Virus record (IMG/VR): IMGVR_UViG_3300047552_000255
Span: 4,138 to 68,137 of that record
DNA: 64,000 nucleotides
Direction: 5' to 3' (one strand)
Source: a virus
Within the stretch, counting starts at the first letter, position 1. Every line of letters starts with the position of its first letter. The position numbers and the translations under genes were made by a program. Shown in pieces: positions 18,365 through 27,055 of the stretch. Under the pieces are notes generated by a model. The model was not told the DNA's origin and searched no databases. It saw only the letters and a program-made list of their open reading frames with translations.

Positions 18365-19077
18365 AGGGTCACCGCCGGGATCGCGTATCCGAGGGCCGGG
18401 ACAACCACCGAGTTCACCTCTTCAACCGTTGTGCATGCGTCAACCATCGACGCCAGAGTCTTCTCCTGTGTGAAGCAGGACTGAACGTGCTGGGCAACTG
18501 CGGCTGCAACGGCGCTCACCGCAGCCAGATCAAGCTGAACGAACACGCCATTCGCGTCCTTCCAGTCGATGGCCTGAAGCGCCCCGCTCTGCAAACTCAG
18601 CATGGCCCCGGTGATCAAGCCCTGAGACTCGCGGTCTGTACGCACCTTAGCACCGCCAACAACAATACCAGCCACCTCAACGGAGTACCGCCAGTTGGCG
18701 ATAGCGGCCTTCTTCAGGGTCTTGGCCCGCTCAAGCGAATCTGCTGGCAGCGGAACCGTGGACTGCCCCGGAGTCATCTCCTGACCGACAACAGACGCAA
18801 CAGTTGAGAACACCTGATCCGCAGTGGACGACAGGTTGCGCTCCATGTGTTCAAACCATTCCTTCTGGGCGAACTTCAGCACGTAGGCTTCGAGGTCTGC
18901 GCCAGTGGGTGCTGGGTACGGCAGCATGATGTTCACATCGCTGCGGCAGCGCAGGATATTCCCGTCGGCATCGACGGTGGTCGCCAGAGACGCCTCCGTC
19001 AGAAGATCGGTGTAGAAGCGCACTTCCACGCAGTTCTCTGCGGGGTTCGTAGAGATGTACTTGTATTTCAGGTTCAT
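18361..19077 (-). CDS. DUF4376-like tail fibre assembly protein
   Basis: True start MNLKYK. C-terminal R...E..GI.......TDRESQ..I......IDWK..NG.FV.L....HVQ.CF..E. Confidence 0.75.
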   Translation of the reverse strand: MNLKYKYISTNPAENCVEVRFYTDLLTEASLATTVDADGNILRCRSDVNIMLPYPAPTGADLEAYVLKFAQKEWFEHMERNLSSTADQVFSTVASVVGQEMTPGQSTVPLPADSLERAKTLKKAAIANWRYSVEVAGIVVGGAKVRTDRESQGLITGAMLSLQSGALQAIDWKDANGVFVQLDLAAVSAVAAAVAQHVQSCFTQEKTLASMVDACTTVEEVNSVVVPALGYAIPAVTL

Positions 19078-19865
19078 GTTGAAGTTCCCGTTCGTGTTCC
19101 GGTGCTGACCCATGTGATGTTTGCGGTTCCAGTGCCCCAGTTGCCGCGCGCGCCAGCAGAGCCGCCTGCTCCAGTTCCACCGCCAGAGCCACCCGAGCCC
19201 CCTGCGCCGCCGGGGCCGGAGCCACCAGTTCCGCCTGTAGCGCCGGGAGATGCGCCGCCGGGGCCACCAGCACCGCCAGTACCGGACCCCGGAGAGCCGC
19301 CGCCGTAAGAGGGCCATCCATACCCACCGACACCGCCGCCGCCAGTGTCTTTGCCGCCCGTACCGCCGCCACCGCCACCGCCGCCACCTGCTCCGGGCGA
19401 CCCAGCAGAACCGCCAGTGCCGCCAGTGCCCCCAATGAGTGTGCCTACGTTGTCAACAGTGCAGGCCACAGACACAGCAAGCGCAGTACCGCCAGTTCCG
19501 CCGTTTGTGCCGTACGAACTACCTCCGGGGCTTCCGGGCCAACCGCCAGTGAAATTGCCGCCACCAGCACCGCCAGCACCGCCAGAGCCATTGACCGCCG
19601 TACCGTTCGCACCAGTAGCCCCTGATACGGTGCCGTTGTTGACGAACTTGACGCCGTTGGGGAACGAGCCTGAAATCGTGAGCGCCGGGGTGCCGACTGC
19701 GGTTGAGCCGATGGTCCCTGATGGGAGTGTGCCGATGACGTATGTAGATGTGTTCCACCCAGCAGCAATCGCGGCGGTGCGGAAATCTACGTTGTTGGCG
19801 GCTGACAGGTTGAATGTGAAGTCGGACGTGCCAACGCCAAGCAACATCTGTTGGATGCCAGCCAT
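19074..19865 (-). CDS. Glycine-rich tail/fibre tip protein (263 aa)
   Basis: MAGIQQMLLG N-terminus with extensive GxG/GGxGG runs. Confidence 0.75.
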   Translation of the reverse strand: MAGIQQMLLGVGTSDFTFNLSAANNVDFRTAAIAAGWNTSTYVIGTLPSGTIGSTAVGTPALTISGSFPNGVKFVNNGTVSGATGANGTAVNGSGGAGGAGGGNFTGGWPGSPGGSSYGTNGGTGGTALAVSVACTVDNVGTLIGGTGGTGGSAGSPGAGGGGGGGGGTGGKDTGGGGVGGYGWPSYGGGSPGSGTGGAGGPGGASPGATGGTGGSGPGGAGGSGGSGGGTGAGGSAGARGNWGTGTANITWVSTGTRTGTST

Positions 19866-21635
19866 TTACGTCAGCCCCGCTCCAGAGGCGAACCAAGTGT
19901 TTGCAGCCTGCTTGCGGACAGTCATCATCCCGTACGCAGCGAGGGTGCGGTTCCCGGTGTTTGCCGTGCCAGCCTGACGCAACGTGCAACCAGTATCCTG
20001 CGTGATGGTGATCGACGCAGCCGAGGTGTTGGTGATGGTGAATGTCGCTCCAACAGCGATTGCTGGCTTCGTCGTGTCGGACGGGATAGTCACCCCAGCC
20101 GTTGTGTCAACGGAAGACCCGCGATCAGTGGCGTCAAGCGTGTAGGTTGCAGACTTCACAACCGACGGGACATCGCGCAGTCGATCAACGAACGCAGTGG
20201 TCGCCACGTTGGTTGTGGCATCCCCGTAGGTTTGGGTCGTGTATGTCGGTGCTGCGTGAACGTGGTCTGCGCGTGCATACCGTGTTGACGTTCCAACGGC
20301 GGCAGTTCCTAGTGCGGCTGGCGTGGCGGACGCTGCCTGCCCAAGAACGAATGCAGTGGTTGCAAGGGCCGTGGTGTTGGTGTCTACAGCTTGGGTTGTG
20401 GAAGCGCCAGAGAACGTGGTGGCTATCAGTGTCCCAGACATGGTCAGGGTATTGACAGCACTGCGGTAAAGGAACGTGTCAGTTCCGAAACTCATCCCGC
20501 CAGCTTGGGTGGTAGTGCTAGAGCCAACCCGCAGCACCGCAGATGCGGACGCAAATGCACCAGCACCAACCGCAATGTTCCGGGCAGCATCCCAGTCGTA
20601 CGGGACGCTGTACTCACTCCCCAGACCTTGATCCCCCCAACGCGCTGTCAGGCACTTCATCGTTGAGATGCCAAGCGGCACCGCAGATGTCATGGTGATA
20701 GTCAACCGCAGGTACAGATCGCCAGACGGCTGGTTCATCGCAATAGCACACGGCAGCGAATTGACTGGGTTGCCAGTTGATGTGTGGCGCACCGTCCAGT
20801 TCACGTTGTCGGCGGATGACTCAATGAGAACATCCTTGGTGGAACCGGGGTTGTAGGTGAACCCGATCAGGAACCAAGAAACCGAAGACCAAGCAACGCC
20901 TGTACTCCAAGTCCACCGAGCGGCTGTCTTTGTGACGCCGTCAATGATGTTGGCCCCTGCGCCTTCTTTCCCGGCGAAGATGGATGTGTTTAGTGTGTCA
21001 GCAGCCCAGACAGTTGTGAATGTCTCAAATGCTGGCGTCCCAAAAGCACGGTTGAAGGCCAACATGTCATGCCACACATACATCGGTAGCGGAAACATGT
21101 TGATGGCGTTGTTGCTGTTCGGGGCGCTGTAGAAGTTGCTGTTGAGGGCGCTGTTATACACAAGCCCGTAGTTGCCGACAACGAACTCGCTGGCCTCCAG
21201 CCTGCCAGAAGATGGCGTGTACTTCAGCTTGGTGCTGGACGTTTTTACGGTGTTCCCAGCTGCGGCTGTTGCAACCAGCGGGTAGTAGGCAGCAGCAGTT
21301 GAGTTGTCGTCTGTCGAGCTGAACGCGCCGCCAGTAGCTCCCTGCGGGATGCCGAGGTTCAGCGTCTGGTTCGGTGCTGTGCCCGTGACTGTCGCCGTTG
21401 CACTGCTGCCCGGAGTCAGGGTGCTGACAGTGCCAATCGTCAGTGTGTTCGCGGGGCCGTCTGCGCCATCATTGCCGGGCGCGCCTTGGATGCCCTGCGG
21501 ACCCTGCGGACCCATCGGGCCAGCCGTTACCAGCGACACCGTGGTGGAAACCGGGGTCTGTACCGCTACCAGCGACTGGGAGGACTGGACAACAACCGAT
21601 GCCGCAGTCTGGCTGACTACGACGAAGTCGGTCAT
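19866..21635 (-). CDS. Tail fibre protein with short collagen-like segment (589 aa)
   Basis: GPMGPQGPQGIQGAPG, TLNLGIPQG, T..ATTAFV repeats, YARADHVH and a conserved C-terminal ..W..SG.GLT domain. Confidence 0.8.
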   Translation of the reverse strand: MTDFVVVSQTAASVVVQSSQSLVAVQTPVSTTVSLVTAGPMGPQGPQGIQGAPGNDGADGPANTLTIGTVSTLTPGSSATATVTGTAPNQTLNLGIPQGATGGAFSSTDDNSTAAAYYPLVATAAAGNTVKTSSTKLKYTPSSGRLEASEFVVGNYGLVYNSALNSNFYSAPNSNNAINMFPLPMYVWHDMLAFNRAFGTPAFETFTTVWAADTLNTSIFAGKEGAGANIIDGVTKTAARWTWSTGVAWSSVSWFLIGFTYNPGSTKDVLIESSADNVNWTVRHTSTGNPVNSLPCAIAMNQPSGDLYLRLTITMTSAVPLGISTMKCLTARWGDQGLGSEYSVPYDWDAARNIAVGAGAFASASAVLRVGSSTTTQAGGMSFGTDTFLYRSAVNTLTMSGTLIATTFSGASTTQAVDTNTTALATTAFVLGQAASATPAALGTAAVGTSTRYARADHVHAAPTYTTQTYGDATTNVATTAFVDRLRDVPSVVKSATYTLDATDRGSSVDTTAGVTIPSDTTKPAIAVGATFTITNTSAASITITQDTGCTLRQAGTANTGNRTLAAYGMMTVRKQAANTWFASGAGLT

Positions 21636-21982
21636 CGGGTCACCTCTTTGCTCAGAGTCACGGAGCCTTGGACAAGGCGGGTCACGGTGCCATCGCCTGC
21701 CACCAGCTCAAGGTCATAGACCGCGCTGCTGAACGACATGGCGGCAGTGGACGCTGCGGAGATGACTGCCTGCACAGTCCCGGTTGCCGGGGTAATCACG
21801 ATGCCGCCGTTGGCGGTGGTCAGGTCTGCGATGGTGGTTGCCGCTGTGATGCTCTGGCGAATCTGCATGCGGCCTGTGTAGCCAGTGAGGTTGATCGCAA
21901 CCCCGGCGCTGTCAGTCCACTGGAACGACTGGTTGAAGGTCGCGCCCTGCTCAATAACCAAGTCTGCTTGTGCTGCTGCCAT
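21632..21982 (-). CDS. Fibre-attachment/BppU-like small structural protein (116 aa)
   Basis: True start MAAAQADLVIEQGATF; NLTGYT.RMQIR and YDLEL....V.RL..G.V.....VTR. Confidence 0.75.
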   Translation of the reverse strand: MAAAQADLVIEQGATFNQSFQWTDSAGVAINLTGYTGRMQIRQSITAATTIADLTTANGGIVITPATGTVQAVISAASTAAMSFSSAVYDLELVAGDGTVTRLVQGSVTLSKEVTR

Positions 21983-21983
21983 G

Positions 21984-22634
21984 TTAGAACTCGTTGAAGC
22001 GGACGGAGATGCTGCCCTGCACGCGACCGCGTGTGGAGATGCCCTTGGCCCGGTTGATGTAATAGCGGAACACGCGCTCTTGCTCCATCGCCTTGCCGTC
22101 GTCGCTGTAGAACTGAGCGGGCATGGCGTGAAGACGTTTGCGGGCCCCGGCCACGATGGCTTCGACCCAGTCGTTGAACAGGATGTCGTCGAGCGACGTC
22201 GCGCTGCGGGTGGGCTTGGTAGCCACACGAGCGGAGATCATGTTATCGGCGGACGTGTCGGGGACTGGGTACAGGCCGACGACTCCGGGGGTGATCTCGT
22301 AATACACGCTAGGCGCGCCGGTCATGGGAGTCGTGGTCCCTGCGGTTGCCACGTACGCCAGAACGGTGTCTATCTCAGTGGTGGCTGCGGGTTCGAGAAG
22401 TCGAGTGCCGTACCAGACCTTCTTGGTCACAACGACAGCGTGGTCGCTAGGCACGCTCATGTCGTACGTGCCCTGCCCTGCTACTGCCGACTGAGGGTCC
22501 ACAGTGAGCTGGGTGATGCCAGTCTCTTCGCAGAACTCGATGGCCGAGTCAACCAGTGCCTGACGCGCCAGCGGATCGGGACAGCCCGCGACCCACGGCA
22601 TCAGACGGGACATGAAGGTGTCGAGTGTTTTCAT
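21984..22634 (-). CDS. Head-tail adaptor protein
   Basis: L.P.V.GCP......AL..AIEFC..T and ..P.R....L.....W.E.I..GA..RL..MP; second gene after the capsid gene. Confidence 0.75.
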   Translation of the reverse strand: MKTLDTFMSRLMPWVAGCPDPLARQALVDSAIEFCEETGITQLTVDPQSAVAGQGTYDMSVPSDHAVVVTKKVWYGTRLLEPAATTEIDTVLAYVATAGTTTPMTGAPSVYYEITPGVVGLYPVPDTSADNMISARVATKPTRSATSLDDILFNDWVEAIVAGARKRLHAMPAQFYSDDGKAMEQERVFRYYINRAKGISTRGRVQGSISVRFNEF

Positions 22635-23320
22635 TTAGCGGTCGCCACACTGGCGGGTGAATATGGGAGCTGCTCGTTGTTCGGGTTCTGCTCCAAGAGC
22701 TGGTTCTTGAGCGCGTTGATCGAGCCCTCGAACAGAGCGCGGTGGGCAGCGGCCTTGGCACTGATGTCGCCGAACTCGGCGTCCTTGGTGAGCGCCCGGT
22801 AGCACAGGTAGTCCACCAAAGCGGAGACCGTGGCGTCGGCCAGTGTGATGTTGTCTGTTGTCGCTGCTACGAGCGCGGGGAGAGCCGCGTAGCGGAGCTG
22901 AACCTTGGCCCCAGCCACGGCTGGCGGGTAGACCTGAAACAGCTTGGGGAAGCGCGGGTCGTAGCAGTAGTGCTTGATCGTTGCCGACTTGGCACCGCTG
23001 TGCCAGTCTGGGTCGTAGGTGTCTAACATGTCAGACGACACGACCGTCATGGCCCGACCGGGGGTTACCCCATCGGAGCCGAGGTTACGCGCCACGCGCA
23101 AGATTTGGTGCAGTGTGGCTACGCTCGATGCGTCCTGCGACGCGCCTGCCGCCAGAGTGAACGCAGCCGATACGGGGTTCAACTCGGGGAAGATGATGAC
23201 AGCTTCTCGCTGGCCGTCCGAGAGCCAGCCGAGCATTTCAGGGACAGTCCAGCGGACGTTGCCCACGTCGTTGAGCAGGAACGCAGCTTTGTCGATGACG
23301 CTTTGGGCAGTGGTTGCCAT
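22631..23320 (-). CDS. Head-tail adaptor protein (DUF6682-like)
   Basis: LND...RWT..E...WL.DG.RE, F.VYPP and AL.DY..YRA..KD.E; start MATTAQ. Confidence 0.75.
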   Translation of the reverse strand: MATTAQSVIDKAAFLLNDVGNVRWTVPEMLGWLSDGQREAVIIFPELNPVSAAFTLAAGASQDASSVATLHQILRVARNLGSDGVTPGRAMTVVSSDMLDTYDPDWHSGAKSATIKHYCYDPRFPKLFQVYPPAVAGAKVQLRYAALPALVAATTDNITLADATVSALVDYLCYRALTKDAEFGDISAKAAAHRALFEGSINALKNQLLEQNPNNEQLPYSPASVATAK

Positions 23321-23334
23321 TGAGATACCCCAAG

Positions 23335-23367
23335 AAAAAGACCCCACCCGGTTAGCCGAGTGGGGCC
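23335..23367 (-). terminator. Intrinsic terminator after the major capsid gene
   Basis: Minus strand reads CCCCACTCGG-CTAA-CCGGGTGGGG-TCTTTTT. Confidence 0.75.
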
Positions 23368-23387
23368 CATTTTACACGCTAACGTGC

Positions 23388-24410
23388 TTAGCGCACAACC
23401 AGCACAGCGAGGGCTTCGGGCTTCACAACCTTGTAGCCGTAGATGTTCAGAGCACGGATGTAGTCACCGAAATCGTTAGGATTGCGGATGGTTTCCATCT
23501 TGGTGATCTGGCTGGCGAAGGTGATACCGGACTTGTGACCAGCCACAACCACGCGGCGCTTGTTAGCGTTGGTGGTAGCGGTGATGCTGGTCTCGTTGCC
23601 AGCGCCCGAGGTCCACACAGTGGCGTTAGCCGCAGCGTAGGGGAGCTGGTTAGTCACGTACACCGTGAAGCGGTCGATCATGCCGATCTTGCCGTTGCGA
23701 ACCACAGACTGGCTGTCACCCATGAATTGGGCTTGTGCCAGATTGGTGTTCATCAACAGGGCGCGGGTGGCCGGGTCGATCAGCAGGAAGCGGTCAGCTT
23801 CAGGCACGTTCTGCTCGTCCAGAACCGAAGACAGTTGCAGAATCTTCGTCAGGATGTTGGCAGCGTCGCCAGCGGTTGCGTTGATGGCGATGGGGGTGCC
23901 GGAGCTGCCCAGATCGTAGGAACCAGACTTCACACCAGCGGTTGCGCCTTGGTTGGCGGCAGCGGCGGAGAAGATGGTGTTGTAGATCACCGTCGAGTCG
24001 ATAGCGATCTTCATCTGCTCGCCAGCGTCAGCCGAGAACATGTCGAGCAGGTTCGGCTTGGCTTGGAAGTCCAGAACGTCGTTGATCTGGAAGGCGAAGG
24101 CCTTGCCCTTGTCGATCACCATTTCTTGGGTGTCAGGAGTCGGAACTTGGTAGTTCAGACCGGAGCCACCGACGGCGTAGTCCGACACAGTGATGGTCGG
24201 AGCCGTGTTGATGATGACCTTGTCGCCCATCGAACCGATTTCACCTTGCCAGTTGGTGTTGGCAATTTCGCCGAAGACGGTGGCGGCATAGAACTTGGCG
24301 TTCAGCTTGGCCGACCAGACGGCGGGGATGAAGTTACCCGAGTAGGGGGTAGCGGTGTTGAACGGAGCGGACGTCGGGAAGACGGCGGAAGAGTTGCGAG
24401 TTACTGCCAT
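23388..24410 (-). CDS. Major capsid protein
   Basis: FIP.VWS.KL...FY..TVF..I.NT.W.GEI...GD.V.I, LDEQNVP...RF and F.D.IR.L..YG.KV.KPEAL; AGGAG RBS. Confidence 0.9.
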   Translation of the reverse strand: MAVTRNSSAVFPTSAPFNTATPYSGNFIPAVWSAKLNAKFYAATVFGEIANTNWQGEIGSMGDKVIINTAPTITVSDYAVGGSGLNYQVPTPDTQEMVIDKGKAFAFQINDVLDFQAKPNLLDMFSADAGEQMKIAIDSTVIYNTIFSAAAANQGATAGVKSGSYDLGSSGTPIAINATAGDAANILTKILQLSSVLDEQNVPEADRFLLIDPATRALLMNTNLAQAQFMGDSQSVVRNGKIGMIDRFTVYVTNQLPYAAANATVWTSGAGNETSITATTNANKRRVVVAGHKSGITFASQITKMETIRNPNDFGDYIRALNIYGYKVVKPEALAVLVVR

Positions 24411-24434
24411 GATTTTCTCCTAAATGGCTGTGGG

Positions 24435-24800
24435 TTAAACGGCGCGGTGGAAGTCAGCACCGTTGGCGCTACCAACAGCGATGAAGACGGCTTGACCAGA
24501 AGCGGCCAAGGTGACACCCGCATTCAGGGTTCCGGCGCTGGCGATGGCCGAGATGGTTCCGCCCAGCGGGGGATAGATAGTCGTGGCAGTTGCAACCGTG
24601 TTGGTCACGATCACGATGGAGCCAGCGGGCAGCACAGGCAGGGCCATGCCGGAGGTAGCGTTGACCGTGGTGAGCACGTTCAAGCCGCCGGACAGGGTGC
24701 CGGATGCGATTGCGAGGGCCTGAGTCGTGAGAGACGCAGGGACAGTCACGGACTTTTCCGCGCCGCCCACGAACTGGACGGGAGACGAGACGTTTGCCAT
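24435..24800 (-). CDS. Capsid decoration/cement-like protein
   Basis: Ala/Thr-rich 121 aa between scaffold and MCP; IYPP.GG.I motif. Confidence 0.6.
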   Translation of the reverse strand: MANVSSPVQFVGGAEKSVTVPASLTTQALAIASGTLSGGLNVLTTVNATSGMALPVLPAGSIVIVTNTVATATTIYPPLGGTISAIASAGTLNAGVTLAASGQAVFIAVGSANGADFHRAV

Positions 24801-24837
24801 TTGTGTTTACTCCAAAATCGCCCCCGCCAGTGCCGAC

Positions 24838-25800
24838 TTACCTGATGCGGCCTTCGGAGAGAGCTGTGTTAATCACGGCCTCGATCTGCATGGCTTCTTG
24901 CTCACGACCCCGGTAGAGTCCTCGGCGAACGTCGTCATAAAACTTGTTCACGTCGGCCTGCGAGATCACCCGGTCCTCTTGCGGGGCGGGCTGAGAAGCG
25001 CCTGTGCTTTTCGGGCTTACCTGCTTGTCCAAGGGGTCAGGCTGCGGTGCGGCTTTAGTGGGCCCGGCGAAGGTGCGGAACACGGCTGCTGCCCGTTCTG
25101 CGTTAAGCGTCTCGCGTGCATGCGTCAGAGCGTTCTGTCGCGGCACACCATAGACAGGATCAGCTTCGGCCAGCCAAGCGAGGAATCGCTCGTCGGCGTT
25201 GATCTGCTCCCAGTCTGGGACCATCTTTGCCAGCTTGTCGAAGAACATCTCCTCGGCTGTCACCACAGTGTGTTGGGTCACCCCAGTCATCTGCTCTGAC
25301 AACTTTCTGATCTGCTCCTCCAAAGCCGACGCCTTGGTCTCAAACGCTTGGGCGGCATTACGGATCGCTCCGCTTGCTACCCGGTTCACCATGTCCACCA
25401 AGTCCTCGCCGAAGTTATCGACGTCCTTGGGGTCCACAACGTGTTTCGGTGCTTGCTGCTGCGGCTCGGGCTGTCGGGACAACTGCTCCATACGCTGCAC
25501 GGCGTCTGTGAGCTGCTTCTCCAAGTCCTTGACCTGTTTGTGCAGGGCTGGGACTTCAGCGTTGTACTTTCCTTGCAGAACCTTGTACCGCGCCTCGAAG
25601 GGATCGGCTTGGGGTGCTGGGTCCGGTACAGCGGGCGCTGCTTGGGGCTCCGCCACCTGTTGTGGCTGGGCTTGCTGTTGGGGTTCCGCGTTCTCGGCTG
25701 GCAGTAAAGACAGACTGCTTGGCTCTGGGGCTTTGTTGGCCTCGGCCAGCATCGCGTCTGCTGCATCAACTTGCGCTTGAACCTGTTTGGGCAATGCCAT
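24838..25800 (-). CDS. Capsid scaffolding protein
   Basis: MALP.QV, RYK.LQGKYNAEVP.L coiled coil, VPDW..IN.D..F..WL and C-terminal A..EGRIR. Confidence 0.85.
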   Translation of the reverse strand: MALPKQVQAQVDAADAMLAEANKAPEPSSLSLLPAENAEPQQQAQPQQVAEPQAAPAVPDPAPQADPFEARYKVLQGKYNAEVPALHKQVKDLEKQLTDAVQRMEQLSRQPEPQQQAPKHVVDPKDVDNFGEDLVDMVNRVASGAIRNAAQAFETKASALEEQIRKLSEQMTGVTQHTVVTAEEMFFDKLAKMVPDWEQINADERFLAWLAEADPVYGVPRQNALTHARETLNAERAAAVFRTFAGPTKAAPQPDPLDKQVSPKSTGASQPAPQEDRVISQADVNKFYDDVRRGLYRGREQEAMQIEAVINTALSEGRIR

Positions 25801-25874
25801 TTCTCTCTCCTAGCCGGTCTTTCCGGTGTTAGGTAAACACAACGCTAACGTGCTAACACGTCAACGGACAAAAA

Positions 25875-26084
25875 TCAGCGTTTCACCGCGCCCGGTGCTA
25901 CTTCAAGTAGCTTCACCATCTGTTGCAGTAATCCGGCACGCCCTTGAGCGCGGCGAAGCTGATCAACATCCGGTGTTTGGATAAGTGCCTCGACTTCAAA
26001 CGAGAGCTTCTGTTCAAGCCAGTCCCGAAATTTGCTGTTTCGGGCAAGGTAATCAAACAGCGCCAGCTCTTCGTCCTTAGTCAT
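25875..26084 (-). CDS. Small head-region protein (69 aa)
   Basis: L.RAQGR motif in the usual slot between portal and scaffold. Confidence 0.7.
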   Translation of the reverse strand: MTKDEELALFDYLARNSKFRDWLEQKLSFEVEALIQTPDVDQLRRAQGRAGLLQQMVKLLEVAPGAVKR

Positions 26085-26116
26085 TGGCGGATATATAACA
26101 CTAACGCGTTAGACCG

Positions 26117-26359
26117 TCAAGCAATATCGCCGCCGAGCAGATCATCAACATTCGCTGTGACTTCTGCCTTGCGTGCTTTCTTGGCCGGTTTAGCTTCCAC
26201 GTCAGTGATGTCCTTGAGCTGCGCCAACACTTCTTCGCCCTCGGGGGTCAGAATCATCGCGCCGCCGGGAACCTTGATGCCGACGTCTTTGTGACGCCAG
26301 ATCAGACGGTTGCCGAAGTATTCGGCCTTCTCGCTCAGGAACAGTTCTTCGTCGGTCAT
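26117..26359 (-). CDS. Hypothetical protein (80 aa)
   Basis: Coupled ORF; LTPEGE motif. Confidence 0.6.
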   Translation of the reverse strand: MTDEELFLSEKAEYFGNRLIWRHKDVGIKVPGGAMILTPEGEEVLAQLKDITDVEAKPAKKARKAEVTANVDDLLGGDIA

Positions 26360-26550
26360 TTCTTGTTGGTGGCGACAGAGCCACTGATAGCGGACACCGA
26401 CTTGCCAGTAGTCTTCAGAGCGTCCACGTTGATGGAGCCAGAAGTGTGGGGGTGGCTCTTGCCGTTACCGAGCTGGTTCGGAGCGCAGTAGCCGCCGTTG
26501 GATTCCACCGATTTGGAGGTGGCGCGGAGTTTGTTTACGTCGATAGACAT
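26356..26550 (-). CDS. Hypothetical protein (64 aa)
   Basis: AAGGAG RBS; internal near-repeat (SIDVNKLRATSKSV / SINVDALKTTGKSV). Confidence 0.65.
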   Translation of the reverse strand: MSIDVNKLRATSKSVESNGGYCAPNQLGNGKSHPHTSGSINVDALKTTGKSVSAISGSVATNKK

Positions 26551-26560
26551 GGATTTCTCC

Positions 26561-26701
26561 TTACTTTTTGAACTTGGCGAAGGGGTTACCCTTTGCCTGC
26601 TTGCGGTCCAGAGCTTCCTCTTTACGAGAACCCTCTTTCATGCCCTTGGGCTCCTTATCCTTCTTGGACTTCTCGAAGGGGAGCGGTTTCTTGGTAGCCA
26701 T
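26561..26701 (-). CDS. Small basic protein (46 aa)
   Basis: AAGGAG RBS, start MATKK; PFEKS.KD.E...EGS..EEA.D motif. Confidence 0.65.
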   Translation of the reverse strand: MATKKPLPFEKSKKDKEPKGMKEGSRKEEALDRKQAKGNPFAKFKK

Positions 26702-26830
26702 ACGGACTCCTTGGTGAAAATTGTAATCTGTTAGTGCGTTAGTGTACAGGTCAGTCTTTGCCCATGCGAGCAATCGACCAGCCCCAGTAAGCCAGAACGC
26801 CGTAGACGATCATGAGGATGGTGAGGAGAC

Positions 26831-27055
26831 TCATTTGTGCTCAAACCCGAAGCAGTGCTTCATTTCGTGAGCCACCAGCCAGTCGGGGGCTTCGCGCTCC
26901 ATTGCAACGTAGCACCTGTCTGCCATCACCAGAGCACATCCTGCCGAGTGGCCGCACTTGCGGTCTACCCATGTGATCGTTGTTGTCTCGCGCGGGTTGG
27001 TCAGTACCATGTCAGAGCAGCCGGTGAGCAGGAGGGCTAGGAGGATGGGCTTCAT
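26831..27055 (-). CDS. Small lipoprotein with HExxH motif (74 aa)
   Basis: MKPILLALLLTG-C lipobox; C-terminal VAHEMKHCFGFEH. Confidence 0.7.
   Translation of the reverse strand: MKPILLALLLTGCSDMVLTNPRETTTITWVDRKCGHSAGCALVMADRCYVAMEREAPDWLVAHEMKHCFGFEHK

Noticed and set aside
16257-21635. Diversity-generating retroelement acting on tail fibres
   Set aside because: No reverse transcriptase and no template/variable repeat pair. Mismatches in the 492-bp repeat are not adenine-specific.
8666-24845. Long antisense ORFs (e.g. 8666..10246, 10337..11458, 12125..13207, 23019..24845, and similarly 36685..37995 and 57122..58408)
   Set aside because: Shadow frames of GC-rich genes with strong codon bias; no motifs or RBS.
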